Below, piece after piece: positions 1 to 13,000 of a stretch of DNA of 64,000 bases. Origin of the DNA: Lytechinus pictus (taxonomy: Eukaryota); NCBI RefSeq assembly GCF_037042905.1, contig NC_087251.1, positions 46,750,001 to 46,814,000 of the forward strand, in the 5' to 3' direction. Both the position numbers and the translations under genes were made by a program. The notes under the pieces were generated by a model. It searched no databases and was not told the DNA's origin. It saw only the letters and a list, made by a program, of their open reading frames with translations. The number at the start of each line of letters is the position of its first letter. The stretch's first letter is position 1.

Positions 1-540
1 TTTCTTGTTAATACAATTTATACTTCAGACAATACTATCCTAAACGGCTAAGGAATTTGATTCATTTCTACATTCACTTTCAATAATGTACTTAATTTGG
101 GAAACAAAGATTGAGAAGATCACCCCCAAAAAAGAAAGAAGTTTGCTCATTTTGTAATTAATTGACAGAACCTACCAACATGGCTAACAATTGAAAGGAC
201 TAATATCAATCATGCTGCAATAGCATGATACAGTCTGGTACGAAAGGATCAGAGTCCGTAATTAAAAGACAATACAAAAGAGGTAGAAATGAATAGCCTG
301 ATATGAAGTGGTCAAAAGAAGGACAGAAATGTGTTTTTTTTTATCATACAACAATTCATAAAAGCAATTCAAGGTTTCAATGTAGAGGCTTTACAGTACA
401 CCATGAACTCTTTTCAGGGCATGTTTGGTCCTGAAAAGGAACACCCAAATCCCACATTTCGGGAAGTAGGCTCTTATCATGAAGCCTCTACGTAGATTCA
501 TTCTTTGCCATGGAAACATTATGGGAATTTATTGACTTAC

Positions 541-646
541 AAGAAAGATCTTCCAAAGACACCTTCATCGTCACTAGAAGAATCATCGCTATCACCAATC
601 AGACCTATGTTCCCTGAAGAACTCCATTCTACAGAGTTACGCATAC
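541..646 (-). CDS. EIF2AK4: GCN2 exon 17 (acidic kinase insert); gene continues past the left edge
   Basis: SMRNSVEWSSSG...SSSDDEGVFGRSFL resembles vertebrate SVEWS...SSDDE...GVFSQSFL; cag/gtaagt. Confidence 0.9.
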
Positions 647-691
647 CTGTAGACATGGATACAGAGATAGTGAAATATATATATACTAGTA

Positions 692-1342
692 CAGTTGAGG
701 CCAAAAGTTTGCATACACCCATGGAATTCAGTGAAATGTATTTGCTTGCCAAACATCGTAAAATTTACTATATCTTCAGAAATATAAATACTACCATGAC
801 GAATTTGGTATCAAATGAAAGAGCGTATTAAGCCCTTGTGCATGATTGGGATGCCGTTGGGATTAAAGTATATTTCAGGTGGAATTTTCTTTGAAGAAAA
901 AAAAGTAACATTCGTGCCAAATTTATTCTATTGTTTGTTATAATATTTTCAAACATCGTTTCATAGTAATACATCAATGTCAAATCTATGATTTACATTA
1001 CATTTTCTATCATATGTCACCACTGAACAAAAAAGTGTAATCTGAAATATTTGTGTTGAGAAGTAACTACATATGTAGCACAAATACAAAATGTGTTTGT
1101 CAATATTTTGTTTTTAATTTGTCTAAAATATGAAGATTTTGGGGGAAAAACGACACCTAAATATTTTTCAGCTCCAGATGAAAAAACAATGTGACGAAGG
1201 GGCATGACATACTCATTTGTTTGATATCAAATTCGTCATGACATCACAAATATTTGTAAGATACAGTAGATTTTATGATGTTTGGCAAGTGTCAACTTTT
1301 CTTTGAATTTCCTGGGTGTATGTAAACTTCTGGCCTCAACTG
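692..1342. mobile_element. Tc1/mariner-like MITE
   Basis: TIR CAGTTGAGGCCAAAAGTTTGCATACACCCA / TGGGTGTATGTAAACTTCTGGCCTCAACTG; TA flanks. Confidence 0.85.
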
Positions 1343-1513
1343 TATATATATATTGGCCCAAAAACAATGATAACAAATGACACATAAGAACAGTCACCAT
1401 AGGGTGATCTAACATTTGAAATTCCTTTTTTTAAAAATCTGTGAGTGGCAAATGCCAGCAGAGATTAGCTGGGGGAATGTAGGAGCACCTTGAGCACCAA
1501 ACAAGGTGGATGT

Positions 1514-1683
1514 ATTTATTCTTCAATTCTTCATTTTTTTTTTCAACTCAAAATACCTATAAGGAGTAATAGGCCTATTGCTAGTAAGATCTTGTTCAGT
1601 AAGTTGCTTTGTCCTATCACAACACACATTCAAAACTACAAATCCATCAGCTTACTGAGTTTCAGTGCCTGTTCTTCAATGTT
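1514..1683 (+). repeat. Local duplicate of 2897-3060 (GCN2 exon 16 3' end, donor and intron)
   Basis: Near-identical ~165 nt. Confidence 0.95.
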
Positions 1684-1881
1684 ACCAAACATTATTAATA
1701 TTATTAGTATCATTTGCAACTGCTACAATTGCTTTTTAAACAACCTAGAGGGAGGGTGAGGGTTGAGTTTCTGTTCAATACAGTAAGCAGTCGATTTTAA
1801 ATGAATTTTTACTTTTGACTATAAAATAAACATATTTTGCAGATCACTCCATACCAGAGCAAATGCCAAGGAATCCATTAA

Positions 1882-2821
1882 AGGACAAGTCCACCCCACA
1901 AAAAGTTGATTTGAATAAAAATAGAAAAATCCAACAAGCATAACACTGAAAATTTCATCAAAATCGGATGTAAAATAAGAAAGTTATGACATTTTAAAGT
2001 TTTGCTTAATTTCACATAAAAGTTATATGCACATCCCGGTCTGTATGCAAATGAGGGAACTGATGACATCACTCACTCACTCTTTCTTTTGTATTTTATT
2101 ATAAGAAATATTCTTATTTTCTCCTCATTGTCATGTGAAACAAGTTTTATTTCTCACTGAACACGTGGAATCACCATTGTTTAACATTATATGGTTCAGT
2201 CAAGTTGGTCCTTATTGTCAAATCTGTAAAAATCGAAATATTACATAATTCAAACAATAAAAAAACAAAAGAAATAGTGAGTGAGGGACATCATTGATTC
2301 TCTCATTTGCATGTGACTTAATTGTGCATATAACTATTTTGTGAAATGTCATAACTTTCTTATTTTATGTCTGATTTTTATGAAAATTCAGCATTATGCT
2401 TGTATGATTTTTCTCTTTTGATTCAAATCAACATTTGTATAAGGTGGACTTTAAAAGGCAAAATCATTTATTTATGATGTTTTCATGAGGAAAGAGAAAG
2501 GAAATAATTCAAACAGATGAATAATAATTCTACACTATACAAGGTGAGTGATGATAGAGGGATGAACAAATTAATGAACATAATATATACATGATTTTTT
2601 GCTATATAAATCTAAAAAAATGTATGCATTTACCGTAAAAGTTAATCATAAAAAATAAATTTTTACTAGAAATCTACACTGTTTTGTGAAAAATAAGCGA
2701 AAGTTTCAAATGTCATCATTTTCATATTTTACACCCGATTTTGATGAAATTTTCAGCGTTATGCTTGTTTGATTTTTCTCTACTTATTCAAATCAATATT
2801 TTTCTGGGCTGGACTTGGCCT
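1882..2821. mobile_element. TTAA-flanked MITE with AGG...CCT ends (Kolobok-like), composite
   Basis: TTAA-AGGACAAGTCCACCCC ... GGGCTGGACTTGGCCT-TTAA; a second right-end-like segment near 2340-2455. Confidence 0.75.
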
Positions 2822-3032
2822 TTAAGTATTTAGAATGTATTTCAGTTGTAGTTGAATCAATCAAATATCATTTGGTAAGCCATATTCCAATATTCCATTT
2901 ATTCTTCAATTCTTCATTTTTTTTTTCAACTCAAAATACCTATAAGGAGTAATATTGCTAGTAAGATCTTGTCCAGTAAGTTGCTTTGTCCTATCACAAC
3001 ACACATTCAAAACTACAAATCCATCAGCTTAC

Positions 3033-3220
3033 TGAGTTTCAGTGCCTGTTCTTCAATGTTGTCTGACAAACTGAGACTATTAACGGCAAGGGGTACCTTC
3101 CTCGTGCCCATGTTGACCCCATTGGCTTCAGGTGAGGTCTCCACTGTCCCTGTGGTTTTAGAATCTTCAGTGTCGGTGGAAGGCGGTTCCTCTGCAACCT
3201 CAATCCATGAGTTATAGTAT
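3033..3220 (-). CDS. EIF2AK4: GCN2 exon 16 (kinase insert)
   Basis: YYNSWIE followed by an S/T/E-rich insert; cag/gtaagc. Confidence 0.92.
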
Positions 3221-4862
3221 CTGAAAATAATTGATGGACACGGTGGTCAGTCACACCCTCATTACGGACCTGCCAACCTCTGGGAATGAAAAATTGTATT
3301 CTGTGATTTAAAAAAAAACTGTATTTTTCCCCTAAAACTGTATTTCATAATAAAATGCGTGGTGCGCGCGCGCTCAAGCTGCATGCAAGCTAAAATGCGC
3401 ACTGCTCTTGCAGATGAAAAAAAAAAAAAACATTGAAACATGTGTATATCACACCCTGGTTTTAACAAAATGATTGAAAAAAAAAAACAAGTTATCTGAA
3501 ATTACATTGATCCAATAACCATATTCGTGTAAGTTTTATGAAACAGAGACATATAGAGATGATTTTTCTCAATAAATTACGATTTTGTACCCCCCAAAAA
3601 ACATACTGTTATATTTGGGTTGCAAAAACGTACTAAATACGCCAAAAATGTACTGGTTGGCAGCTCTGTTATTAGCAATATTCCAAATTTGAAATCTGGT
3701 TTAGTCCCAGATTACTGGGAAGGTTCGATTTTATACTCACATAATTGTTCCCACCACCTACCTCTGTTTCACCCTACTTTGGTGTATAACTATTCTTGTG
3801 ATCCAACCCTTTCATGAAGCAAATACTCAGTGATTTTCACTGGCATTTTTTTTAGCCAATCAGATGCAAGAATTTCAGTAGCTTATAAGCGTCCTCAGTA
3901 AATATCACTGAAGACTTGACTCATGAAATGCTGCGCATGTATGTGTTCTTTGGTTGCATCCTTCTCCTTCTGACCATTCACCTTAATCTCTAATACCCCT
4001 CTCAGATTGTGATCGACATCCCTTCAAAATACAAGTCCCTATCAACATACTCCATTCACCTTATGACGAACAGCTTCTTCAGAACCCAATATCAGCATTA
4101 AATCCTTGGACTTCTACCTATCCAACCATTCCAACCCTAATCGATAATAAACTTGTTCTAAACAAAATCTTTAAAAAGCAGAAAAGCAAACTGTAGACTA
4201 TTTGAATAAAATGATAAAACTTTAATGAAAATATGTTTTTTTAAAACACCATTATTCCTATCCATACGACAATTTTGAGTTGTAAATAAAGAGGCTTTTA
4301 ATAGAAGGAAATTATAATTTATAAACAAATTTTTGGCATTACTCCTATAGATGTGCTTAAGATCCCATGCTCGATCTGTAATGAAAATCATAAGTCAGAA
4401 AAAATTGGAACCAGTGGGATTCGAACATATCAAGTTGAGTTGGTTGAAAATGTGATTTTATTTTTGATACGGCACTGCTAAAACCAAGTTTCCTTATTCA
4501 ATAAACCGATGGATGGTAAATACTGAGGGGATTTCACAAATAGTTACATGTGACTTAAGAGTCATATTTAACTGCCGATGCCGACATGATATGCAACGCA
4601 AAATCCGACTGATTAATACAAAGAAGCACACGTCCTCTAAACATGATTTGACCAATGCGGTGATGCCTTTTATACTGCACGCAACGGTGAATTCAATTGC
4701 GATGTCACACTTAAATCTTTATGAAACCAGGGCCTATACTTATAAACCTGAATAAGTTTAGTTATCACCTAACAACATCGTCTGTAGAACAAAATTAGGT
4801 GATTACTAGATTCATTAAGGTTTTTACAAATATCAGCCCATTTCTATTTTATGAAAACCTAC

Positions 4863-4996
4863 CTGACAACGTTTTCATGATTGAGCCTTGAGAGTAGCTT
4901 GACCTCTCGGGTGATCTTCTTGTTGAGTTCCCTGCTCTTGGGATTGAGTAAGATCTTCTTGATAGCATACAGGTTACCATCAAGCTTGTTACGAAC
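4863..4996 (-). CDS. EIF2AK4: GCN2 exon 15 (kinase subdomains II-IV)
   Basis: VRNKLDGNLYAIKKILLNPKSRELNKKITREVKLLSRLNHENVVR, diagnostic of GCN2; tag/gtaggt. Confidence 0.97.
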
Positions 4997-5533
4997 CTAC
5001 AAGGAATGATCAAGTGCGAGTCTTTATCCCTGTGTGCACAACTAGCTATTCACTGGTATAATACAAATACAATTGTCTTTCAAGAAATGAAGTACTGGTA
5101 TATAAATGTGATTTAATGAGATGACAATTACATGTCAGGAAAAATAATCAACTTAATACCAACAAAATACTAATGTCTTGTGATAATAAATTATAACTAA
5201 TGAATTTAGAATGTGGGCATTTTTTTTCAAGATTCAATGATGAATGATGTTTTGCTTAAGAAATAAATTTTATAATCGGGGCAAAATAATATAATTATTT
5301 TAGAAATATCATATTAGGGGTAATATTAGGTTTCAGTTCTTGGATATTAGCAATAGCATTGAAAAGGTGGATAGAATTTGGGGTAAAAACATTGTCTCTT
5401 TCTAGCTCAAGCGGACCTAGGTACACATATACGAAAGTTAGACCAAATGTTTTTATAATTAAGATGATGTGGATGAGTAGGGTCAAGCCTGATTTATTTT
5501 ACTTTGACTACTTCTCTTTTCTTACTTCATATA

Positions 5534-6134
5534 CCATGTGAGTAAACAAAAAAAACTTGACACCTCACATATCCCCAATTTAAGAAAACCCCAAATAATT
5601 TGATACCATATTTATGTGGTATGTCTTCACGCTTGGATAATCAGTAGGTATTCTTTGCAGTGATGTAAATTTTGATTTGCGCCAAAGTAAGACATGACTG
5701 CAATGACTGAGTCGAGATGTCAATGATGTCATAATCCTCTATGAGTTAGCAGACATATTTGCAAATCCCTTTTAAATGAAATTAACTTGAGAATTGATAC
5801 TAAAAAGGTGTTTAATAACCAAAATGTAATTTATTGAAAAGGTGTTTTGAAAGGGATTTTGATGCAACCCTTGTAGGATTATGACACCATTGACATCTGG
5901 ATTCATTCATTGCAGTCATGCCTTTAATACTTTGGCGCAAATCAAAATTTACATCACTGCAAAGAATACCTCCTGATCATCCAAGCGTTAACAGATATCA
6001 CATGAATATGGTATCAAATCATTTGAGAGAACACTTTTTCAGGCCATATATTATATAATTATCATGCGTTTATAAAATATTTTCTCTTTAAATTAAGGGT
6101 TTGTGAGGTGTCAAGTTTTTTTTTACTCACACGG
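5534..6134. mobile_element. Foldback MITE with TA flanks (mariner/pogo-like)
   Basis: TIR CC(A/G)TGTGAGTAAA..AACTTGACACCTCAC; long internal inverted arms. Confidence 0.8.
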
Positions 6135-6517
6135 TAGAGTCCAATCATCCAATTACAGTCAAATCTGTCTTTGTGGCTACCAAAATTGTCTCCCATTAAA
6201 AAGGAAACTGTGCTAAATGACCGGTCTATATGACCATCTAATGGATGATTTCAAGTCCGGTGTTGGCCTTGGTGTTGGTGTTGAAATTTGGATTGCTTCC
6301 CCTAGCTCCAAAACTTATTCAGAGTTTGCAAAACTGATCCAGATCACATTATTGACATCTCAACAACTAGTGAGTGACTTTTCGGGACCATCTTCATTTT
6401 ATGTTTGGTGTTATAATCGTGTAAAAATTGACGCAAACACCAAAAGGTCGAGACTGAACTTGAAATCACCCATTGTGGTTGCTTTTCTGTTTCACTTTGG
6501 TGGCCTTAATAAGACAG

Positions 6518-6687
6518 GTGGGTGTTTCATAAAGCTGTTCGTAAAGTTACTAACGACTTCACGCACGACTGGAACATGTTCTTAGGTCATAACTCAATTA
6601 CATAGGGATATCACATAGCACAAAAAAGGATTACCAGTTGTGCGTAAAGTCATTCGTATCTTACGAACAGCTTTATGAAACACCCCC
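6518..6687. mobile_element. PIF/Harbinger-like MITE
   Basis: TIR GGGTGTTTCATAAAGCTGTTCGTAA; 3-bp CAG TSD. Confidence 0.8.
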
Positions 6688-6715
6688 CAGGTCTGACTGT
6701 ATGTCACATATATAC

Positions 6716-6843
6716 CTTGATAACACTTCCGAATCCACCTTTACCCAGGTGGTTTAAGAACTCGAATTCACTCTGAAGCCTCGACACACCCAGATTGATG
6801 TCAGCCGTGGGAACGCCAGGAAAGTCCAGGGCAGCATCCTCCT
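6716..6843 (-). CDS. EIF2AK4: GCN2 exon 14 (kinase subdomain I)
   Basis: SRLQSEFEFLNHLGKGGFGSVIK glycine-rich loop; cag/gtatat. Confidence 0.95.
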
Positions 6844-6869
6844 CTGTGAGAGAAAAGTTTATACCTTGT

Positions 6870-7096
6870 TTCACTGGGAGCTACAACTCACAAGTTTGTA
6901 TAAATGCCTATGTAGTATGCCTAGTAATTGAGTCTTGGAACTCTTGTTGGAATGCTCCCCAGGGAGTGGAAAAGGTGCATACATTGTATGCGGGCATGCA
7001 AGGATCCGATGACCAGGGTAATAATATATCTGTAAAGCGCTTAGAGACGTCGTTCCGATGTGTTAAGCACTATGTAAATGCGGAATATTATTATTA
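6870..7096 (+). mobile_element. 3' part of a SINE with an L2-like tail
   Basis: Ends GTAAAGCGCTTAGAGAC...TAAGCACTATGTAAATGCGGAA(TAT)n. Confidence 0.6.
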
Positions 7097-7433
7097 AACT
7101 TTCCACTAGTTTCTGTTTTTCTCTTATAAATGTTATTTTCATTCTTGTACATATTGTATATTGTTTTATGTTGGTGAGAAAATAAACAAAATGAACTGAA
7201 ATAAAAATATATATATATATATAAAAAATAAAATAAAGCAAAAGCAATCCTTTTGCTTCACTGTACTACAGTATATGTCACACCTTCAAAGAGCATTCAT
7301 CATCATCCTTATACTATCTGTTCAATCTAAAATGCCTTCAAAATCTAAATAGAATTTTATGAGATATTAAATATTTTGATTCATATTGTACACATCTAAA
7401 TCTAGTTTTGTCATCACTATATTATACTTTACC

Positions 7434-7905
7434 GGGCACGATGGCTCGGTGCTCGAACGCACAGCTCATAAACAGAAGGTCGTGGGTTCGATCCCTGGCC
7501 GAGTCATACCAAAGACTTTTAAAACTAGTATAGGACCTTCTGGCATCTAGCCAGGCACCCAGCATTTTACAATGGGGAGGGGTAATAATAATAATATGTT
7601 ATGTTATGTAGGGCCCATTGGAAGACCAGGGGGGGGTGTTTCGCAAAGATTTAAGTATGACTTCTTTTAAGTCAAACTTAAAGGACTAGTTGCATGCGTT
7701 ATTACAGGCGTGACCGCATTGGTCAGATCATGGCAAGAGGATGCGCACTACTGCGTATTGATCAATAAGATTGCGCATTTCATATCATGTACGGGTCGGC
7801 ATTTAAGTGCGACTCTAAGTCATACTTAAATTTTTGTGAAACACCCCCCAGTTGATAAAGCTGAAGTGCATAACCTGGGTCAATATGAGATATTGTTATT
7901 ATCAC
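7434..7905 (+). mobile_element. tRNA-derived SINE (Meta-domain-like), interrupted by a MITE
   Basis: A-box-like TGGCTCGGTG, B-box GGTTCGATCC, then GAGTCATACCAAAGACTTT; an inverted relative lies near 34550-34630. Confidence 0.65.
7630..7848. mobile_element. PIF/Harbinger-like MITE nested in the SINE
   Basis: TIR GGGGGTGTTTC(G/A)CAAA(G/A)ATTTAAGTATGACTT; CAG TSD. Confidence 0.8.
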
Positions 7906-8717
7906 TAGGGCTGGTATCGATATCATGCTAAAAATATCTTACCAATATCAATAACTATCAACAAAAGAACATGATCAATATGCATTTTGTATGCATTATA
8001 GCGATGTTACATACTCACGTAGGTCAAAATTTGTATCTGCCGCTGTACCAAGAACGCTTTAAAATCCACGTTCATCGGCTGTAAATGACTACATAATAAC
8101 AACTTTAAACAAACATATTCAGCAAAAATACATCCTCACCTTTCACTTATTAGCATTATTTTAGGGTTGGATGAAGTTTTCTCGATAATTTTGGGGCTTT
8201 TTGGACATCGTTCTGAGCAGTCAACGTCTTTCGCCTATCCGCCAGCTTTGAACATATAGGGCAGCAACACACGGCTGTGTGCTAGCTGCTTTCTACGTTA
8301 GTTGGTACTTTGCTAAAATTGAGCTTGCGCTTGTGATGTTTTCGATTCGATCGGATGGAGTCGAGTGCAGTCACAATGTTTGGATTGTCACGATCTCACC
8401 CTCACTTCGCTATAAAAATAGCGAAGTGGGGGTGAGATCGTGTTTTGTGGCTAGTATTTTGTTAAAATTTTGGAGTAATTTCTGTTGCTGTTCTGTGCAG
8501 TTTGAGGAAAAATATGTTTTCCGTGATTTTAGTTTGAAAAGCCTCTTTCAAAGGGCTGTTTCCGTGAATTCAGTGAAATCGCGTAAAATCACTGTGTCCC
8601 TACATTATAGCGGGTTTTATCGACAACGAGAGAAAGGTTATCGATATCGCTAAGTGGTAAAAAAACAGGTGATTATCGACAGGACTAGCGATAAAGATGT
8701 TGTCGATAACAGCCCCA
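7906..8717. mobile_element. hAT-like non-autonomous element
   Basis: TAGGGCTG...CAGCCCCA ends with a perfect 8-bp TSD ATTATCAC; subterminal ATCGAT/ATCG repeats. Confidence 0.8.
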
Positions 8718-8841
8718 ATTATCACTCAATGACCTGATTGGCTGCCAGTCGAGGGCTGGTGTCCTTATTTGATATAGCTACTGTGAGTAGTAAGCTGACC
8801 GGATATATAGCAAATAAACTTAACATTTTCTAAAATCTGAC

Positions 8842-8969
8842 CTTGCATTCTACTTTCACTGTATGATACACTGGGAGGATCAGGATTGTCTGTTAGTGTT
8901 GGTTTGATAAATGGATGATCAAGTAAAGACTGGACGTTAGCACGACTCCTTTCATCTATGTCTATACAC
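8842..8969 (-). CDS. EIF2AK4: GCN2 exon 13 (pseudokinase end)
   Basis: CIDIDERSRANVQSLLDHPFIKP...; tag/gtcaga. Confidence 0.88.
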
Positions 8970-9446
8970 CTACATGTACATGAAGAAAGTGTATCAAGAA
9001 AAAGTAAAATCAATTAAAGACACAAGAAATCAAAATATAAATCCTGTGAAAATGGCAAAGAATTTATAATTATCAAGACATAAGAATATAATAATTTAAA
9101 AGACATTTAACTGATTAATTATTTTTGGTACAGAGACCATTGTCAAAATGTAAATTATGTGAACATGGTGACGTCACTTCTCCCCACTTATAACTGACAA
9201 CTCATTTATTTGATAATAAATAATCAAAATGAAACATGATAAATTCAATCATTGTGTCTAAATAAACCTTCAAACCTTCACATAACAAGGTGATCCTTTG
9301 AAGTGTAATACAATTACTTACAGTTTCTTTACATCGCTACGCTAAACTAGACAAGACAAAAAAAAACAATATCATATTTTTACCTATGAATGATTACAAG
9401 TATAGTAGTATATTTTCAAAGAATAACAGGAAGAACATTTGTTTAC

Positions 9447-9547
9447 CTTTTCAGAAAATCTTGTAGATCTAATGGAAGATCCTGTGGCACTTCACATGGG
9501 TATTGCACATCTGATGTGCCAAGCAATAAACCTAGCAATAACAGTCC
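9447..9547 (-). CDS. EIF2AK4: GCN2 exon 12
   Basis: GLLLLGLLLGTSDVQYPCEVPQDLPLDLQDFLKR; cag/gtaaac. Confidence 0.92.
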
Positions 9548-9908
9548 CTGGAAAATATGATTTACATATTTACAAAATATAAGTTATCAATAGGATCATG
9601 GTACATATGAAATAAAACAATTGCATAATAATTTACAAACACAAGGAACAGAGGCAGTCAAAGTAGTCTTATATTGAACAGGAGAATTTAAAGCAACTTT
9701 GTAGTTATTATTTTGAAGGTTTACTGACCACTGATCCTGAAGGCTACAGTGGATACTAAGATGTGACTGATCAAAGCTGAATATTTAAATGGAAGCTCAT
9801 CATGTTCTCTCATAACGTGTGGATTAGCTGATTTTTTATGCAAAGCCAAAAGATTCATTCAAATTGGCAATAACTGGTTTCATCCAAAGAGCTTCTAATC
9901 TGTCTTAC

Positions 9909-10017
9909 CAGATCAAGTACGTCTCCTTTCTTTCCTCCTCTTCCACCATACGTTCTATCGTCACTGAATCTCACAGTCTGTTTTCCTTCGTTCACTGATT
10001 GAGCAAGCTCATTCAAC
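9909..10017 (-). CDS. EIF2AK4: GCN2 exon 11
   Basis: LNELAQSVNEGKQTVRFSDDRTYGGRGGKKGDVLDL (compare GCN2 GKKGDVW.LG); aag/gtaaga. Confidence 0.92.
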
Positions 10018-10551
10018 CTTGAAAGAATGTAAATAAAATCAAAGAGGGTCAGTTGCAGGAATGAAACATTCCACAAAGATGGAAATCATGCCTCAAAGTT
10101 TGTCACCCTTGAATATCATAATACACATGTATTTGGACGTGTTATATTATGTACAGGGTGCCACATTTTTTTTTTAGCAGTGGCAGTCATTGCTGTTTTG
10201 TGGTCCCCTTTTACTAATGACTTCATTTGCTTCTTTATATATTGATATGTATAAATTTGGTATTGAAGTTCATCTTCAATTTATGTTGTTAATATTGAAT
10301 TCATACCATATTTATTCAATATGCAGAATTCTTTTGAAAACATCAATTTCCACTAAAAATGACAATTCAACTTACACATATCAAAGCAAAGTAAGCTTAT
10401 AACTTTTATAAAACCAAAATGTCATACTGTGACCCGAGGACTGTTTCATGAAAGTTTTCTGCATCAGCAAGATATCATTATCCGACAGTTCCCATAGTAA
10501 TAGTCAAACAACAGTGCTTCTCACCCAATCAAAATCAAGGAATGTTACCAG

Positions 10552-10696
10552 GGGCCCGTTGCAGAAAGAGTTGCAATTTATCGCAACTCTAAAAATCACA
10601 CGCAACTTGATTTTCAACCAATCAACAGCGCGCATTTGGGACTTGCGATTGATTTTTTGACTTGCGTTTAAACGCAACTCTTTCTGCAACGGACCC
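10552..10696. mobile_element. PIF/Harbinger-like MITE
   Basis: TIR GGG(C/T)CCGTTGCAGAAAGAGTTGC; CAG TSD; relatives near 37100-37395 and 45978-46135. Confidence 0.8.
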
Positions 10697-11097
10697 CAGA
10701 GCTTACAACTTGTCAGACAACAAACGTTGATAAAACACCATCTTATTCCATCATTTTCCAAAGAAACCCCAGCTACGTTTTGTTTTATATATTGGTTCGA
10801 ATGTTTGTACAAAATCTTATAACAAATATCTTGTAATCAGGAGGATGATAAATAATATATCAATGAATCAATCTCATTAATAACAAAAATTGCAATTAAT
10901 GTGATTGATGTGATGAAAATTGTTGACATTTCTTCCACAGCTTAACAAAAATTGGTCTTCAGTTCCCTTTGCATAATTTTAAGAAAAATTCCCTTTACAT
11001 GCAACCTCCACATTCAGAAGAGGTTTTATACTATTTTCCCTCACTTGCTTTGATAATGTCTCGATGATTTTAGAATGAGCAACGTAACCAGTAATAC

Positions 11098-11315
11098 CTC
11101 TTGCACATACTGTAGTTAGCAACCCGTAACCGCCCATCGCAATCTACATAGACCTGCGAGGCTCGTAGCTGTTTGTGAACCACGGCATGGCTGTGTAGGT
11201 ACTGTAATGCATTGAGAAGGTCGATGGCATACTCCCTCAAGAGATCAAAGGACGTAAGGCACACGTTTTCCAACTTCTGCGAAAGGTTTCCTCCACCGAC
11301 AAACTCCATTAGAAG
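11098..11315 (-). CDS. EIF2AK4: GCN2 exon 10 (pseudokinase, degenerate catalytic loop)
   Basis: LLMEFVGGGNL...LQYLHSHAVVHKQLRASQV...VANYSMCKR; HRD replaced by HKQ and DFG by NYS, as expected for the GCN2 pseudokinase. Confidence 0.93.
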
Positions 11316-12356
11316 CTTTTTGGAAAAAGAGCATATGGGGCTTCAAAATAGGGTGAATGATAAAGGGACTCAAAGATATGTTGAAAATTAAATATTGCTC
11401 AGGAAGCTAAGACATAGTAATTGTACAAGTTTCATGTTGAGTAATGTGTTGGATGATGAAAATAATAAATATAAACAAATAAATGCATTTTCCAGCATCT
11501 GCATAAACATGTAGTTCTTCAGAAAAACAACAATGTTTTGATGACAGACACTACTCACGATTACTGCCCGAGCAGACTACATCTTCTGCAAAACGTACAT
11601 AGTCACAAACATCAAATTATAAAGTATTTGTGGTATTTAAATGTGACTGTATTTCATATTAATTTGAAAAGGGCTGTGGACTGATTTTCAGTTTATTGTA
11701 ATTTGTAAACAAACAGGAAAAGAGTCTGTAATCATCAAGAGAAGAAGCCAGCCATATAATATCATGTACGCCATTTATTTCCATTGAAAGTGAATGATTC
11801 ATTCATATATGTAACTCTGCATTTATCATCAAATTGGTATCTTCCTCTAAATTGCGTGAGGCATCAAATCAGAATCTAGACAGAAAATCGTGGGAATAAT
11901 TTCAATAGGATAATAAAAAAGAAAAATACTCCATAATAACAAGTTTTATGAAAACCAATAAAAGGCACTTATACAATCATAATAGACAATAAAATGATGA
12001 AGTCAATCCTAATGATATGATTGGTTGCACATGCGCATGTGACCAGTCACTTATTTAGCCTAACGCATAGATTTACTAATGACTGGTGATGAGCAGTCAT
12101 TAGTAAAGTGTAATGAACGATCATAGTTTTGTGATGAGGATGGTTTATCATATAACAAGGATCCACATCACTATCTTATAAAACAAATAATGCACATCAC
12201 TTGCTCGTGCATTATAATAATTACACACTCCTTTGAAACAGTCCAAATGCCCTCAGTTATGCCTCAGGCACGTTAGAACTGTTCTAAAGGTACCTCCTGG
12301 GTATAACTCTTACTATATCCCTCTACGATGTGTATTATTTTATAATATACACTTAC

Positions 12357-12467
12357 CTGAACATTTATATCTTCTTTTCCTTTATTGTAGTTAATGGCAA
12401 GATAATGGACAATGTTTGCATGTTCCAGACGAAGTAACGACAGAAGCTCCTGTTCTACACTAGCACA
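12357..12467 (-). CDS. EIF2AK4: GCN2 exon 9 (pseudokinase)
   Basis: CASVEQELLSLLRLEHANIVHYLAINYNKGKEDINVQ; tag/gtaagt. Confidence 0.92.
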
Positions 12468-13000
12468 CTAAAGATCAAATATAAAAAGCTTTAATTAAAT
12501 CTACTCATGAAATGATCAAAATCAACATGAAATGGATACCATCTTCATCTTCATGATTCTGCAAAAGAATATATTTACGTAGTATTCAAACTTCTGTGAA
12601 GCTGCAACATCTCTCACACACATTATGTACCAGAATCAAAATCATCTAGAATGCATTAAGAATTTGGGGATTGGTGAGCAAATCTGAATAACTTGCAACT
12701 TGTTGTTGGGATGGACTTGACCTTTAAACTAGTATTGGTAATATTTATGCACCTGTATAGAGAGTAACCATAATACAGGCCTCTACAAAAAAAAACTGCT
12801 TGCCCTATTTGTTTTATAATTTTTTTTTATTATGACGGCACTATACTCTTTTTTTTTTTTTTCATACAAAATAACAACAATTGAGAATCATGTACAGTAT
12901 AAAAGAACACACATTTAAAAGTTTATTTTCAGCAACGTAGGCCTGAGTCATTAAGTTTATTTTGATTTTTTTCGCTATTTATAAATGGGGCTTAATTTAA

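Noticed and set aside
7434..7500. tRNA genes (also 16664-16740 and 54800-54870)
   Set aside because: A/B boxes are present but no complete cloverleaf; they run into SINE bodies or are decayed
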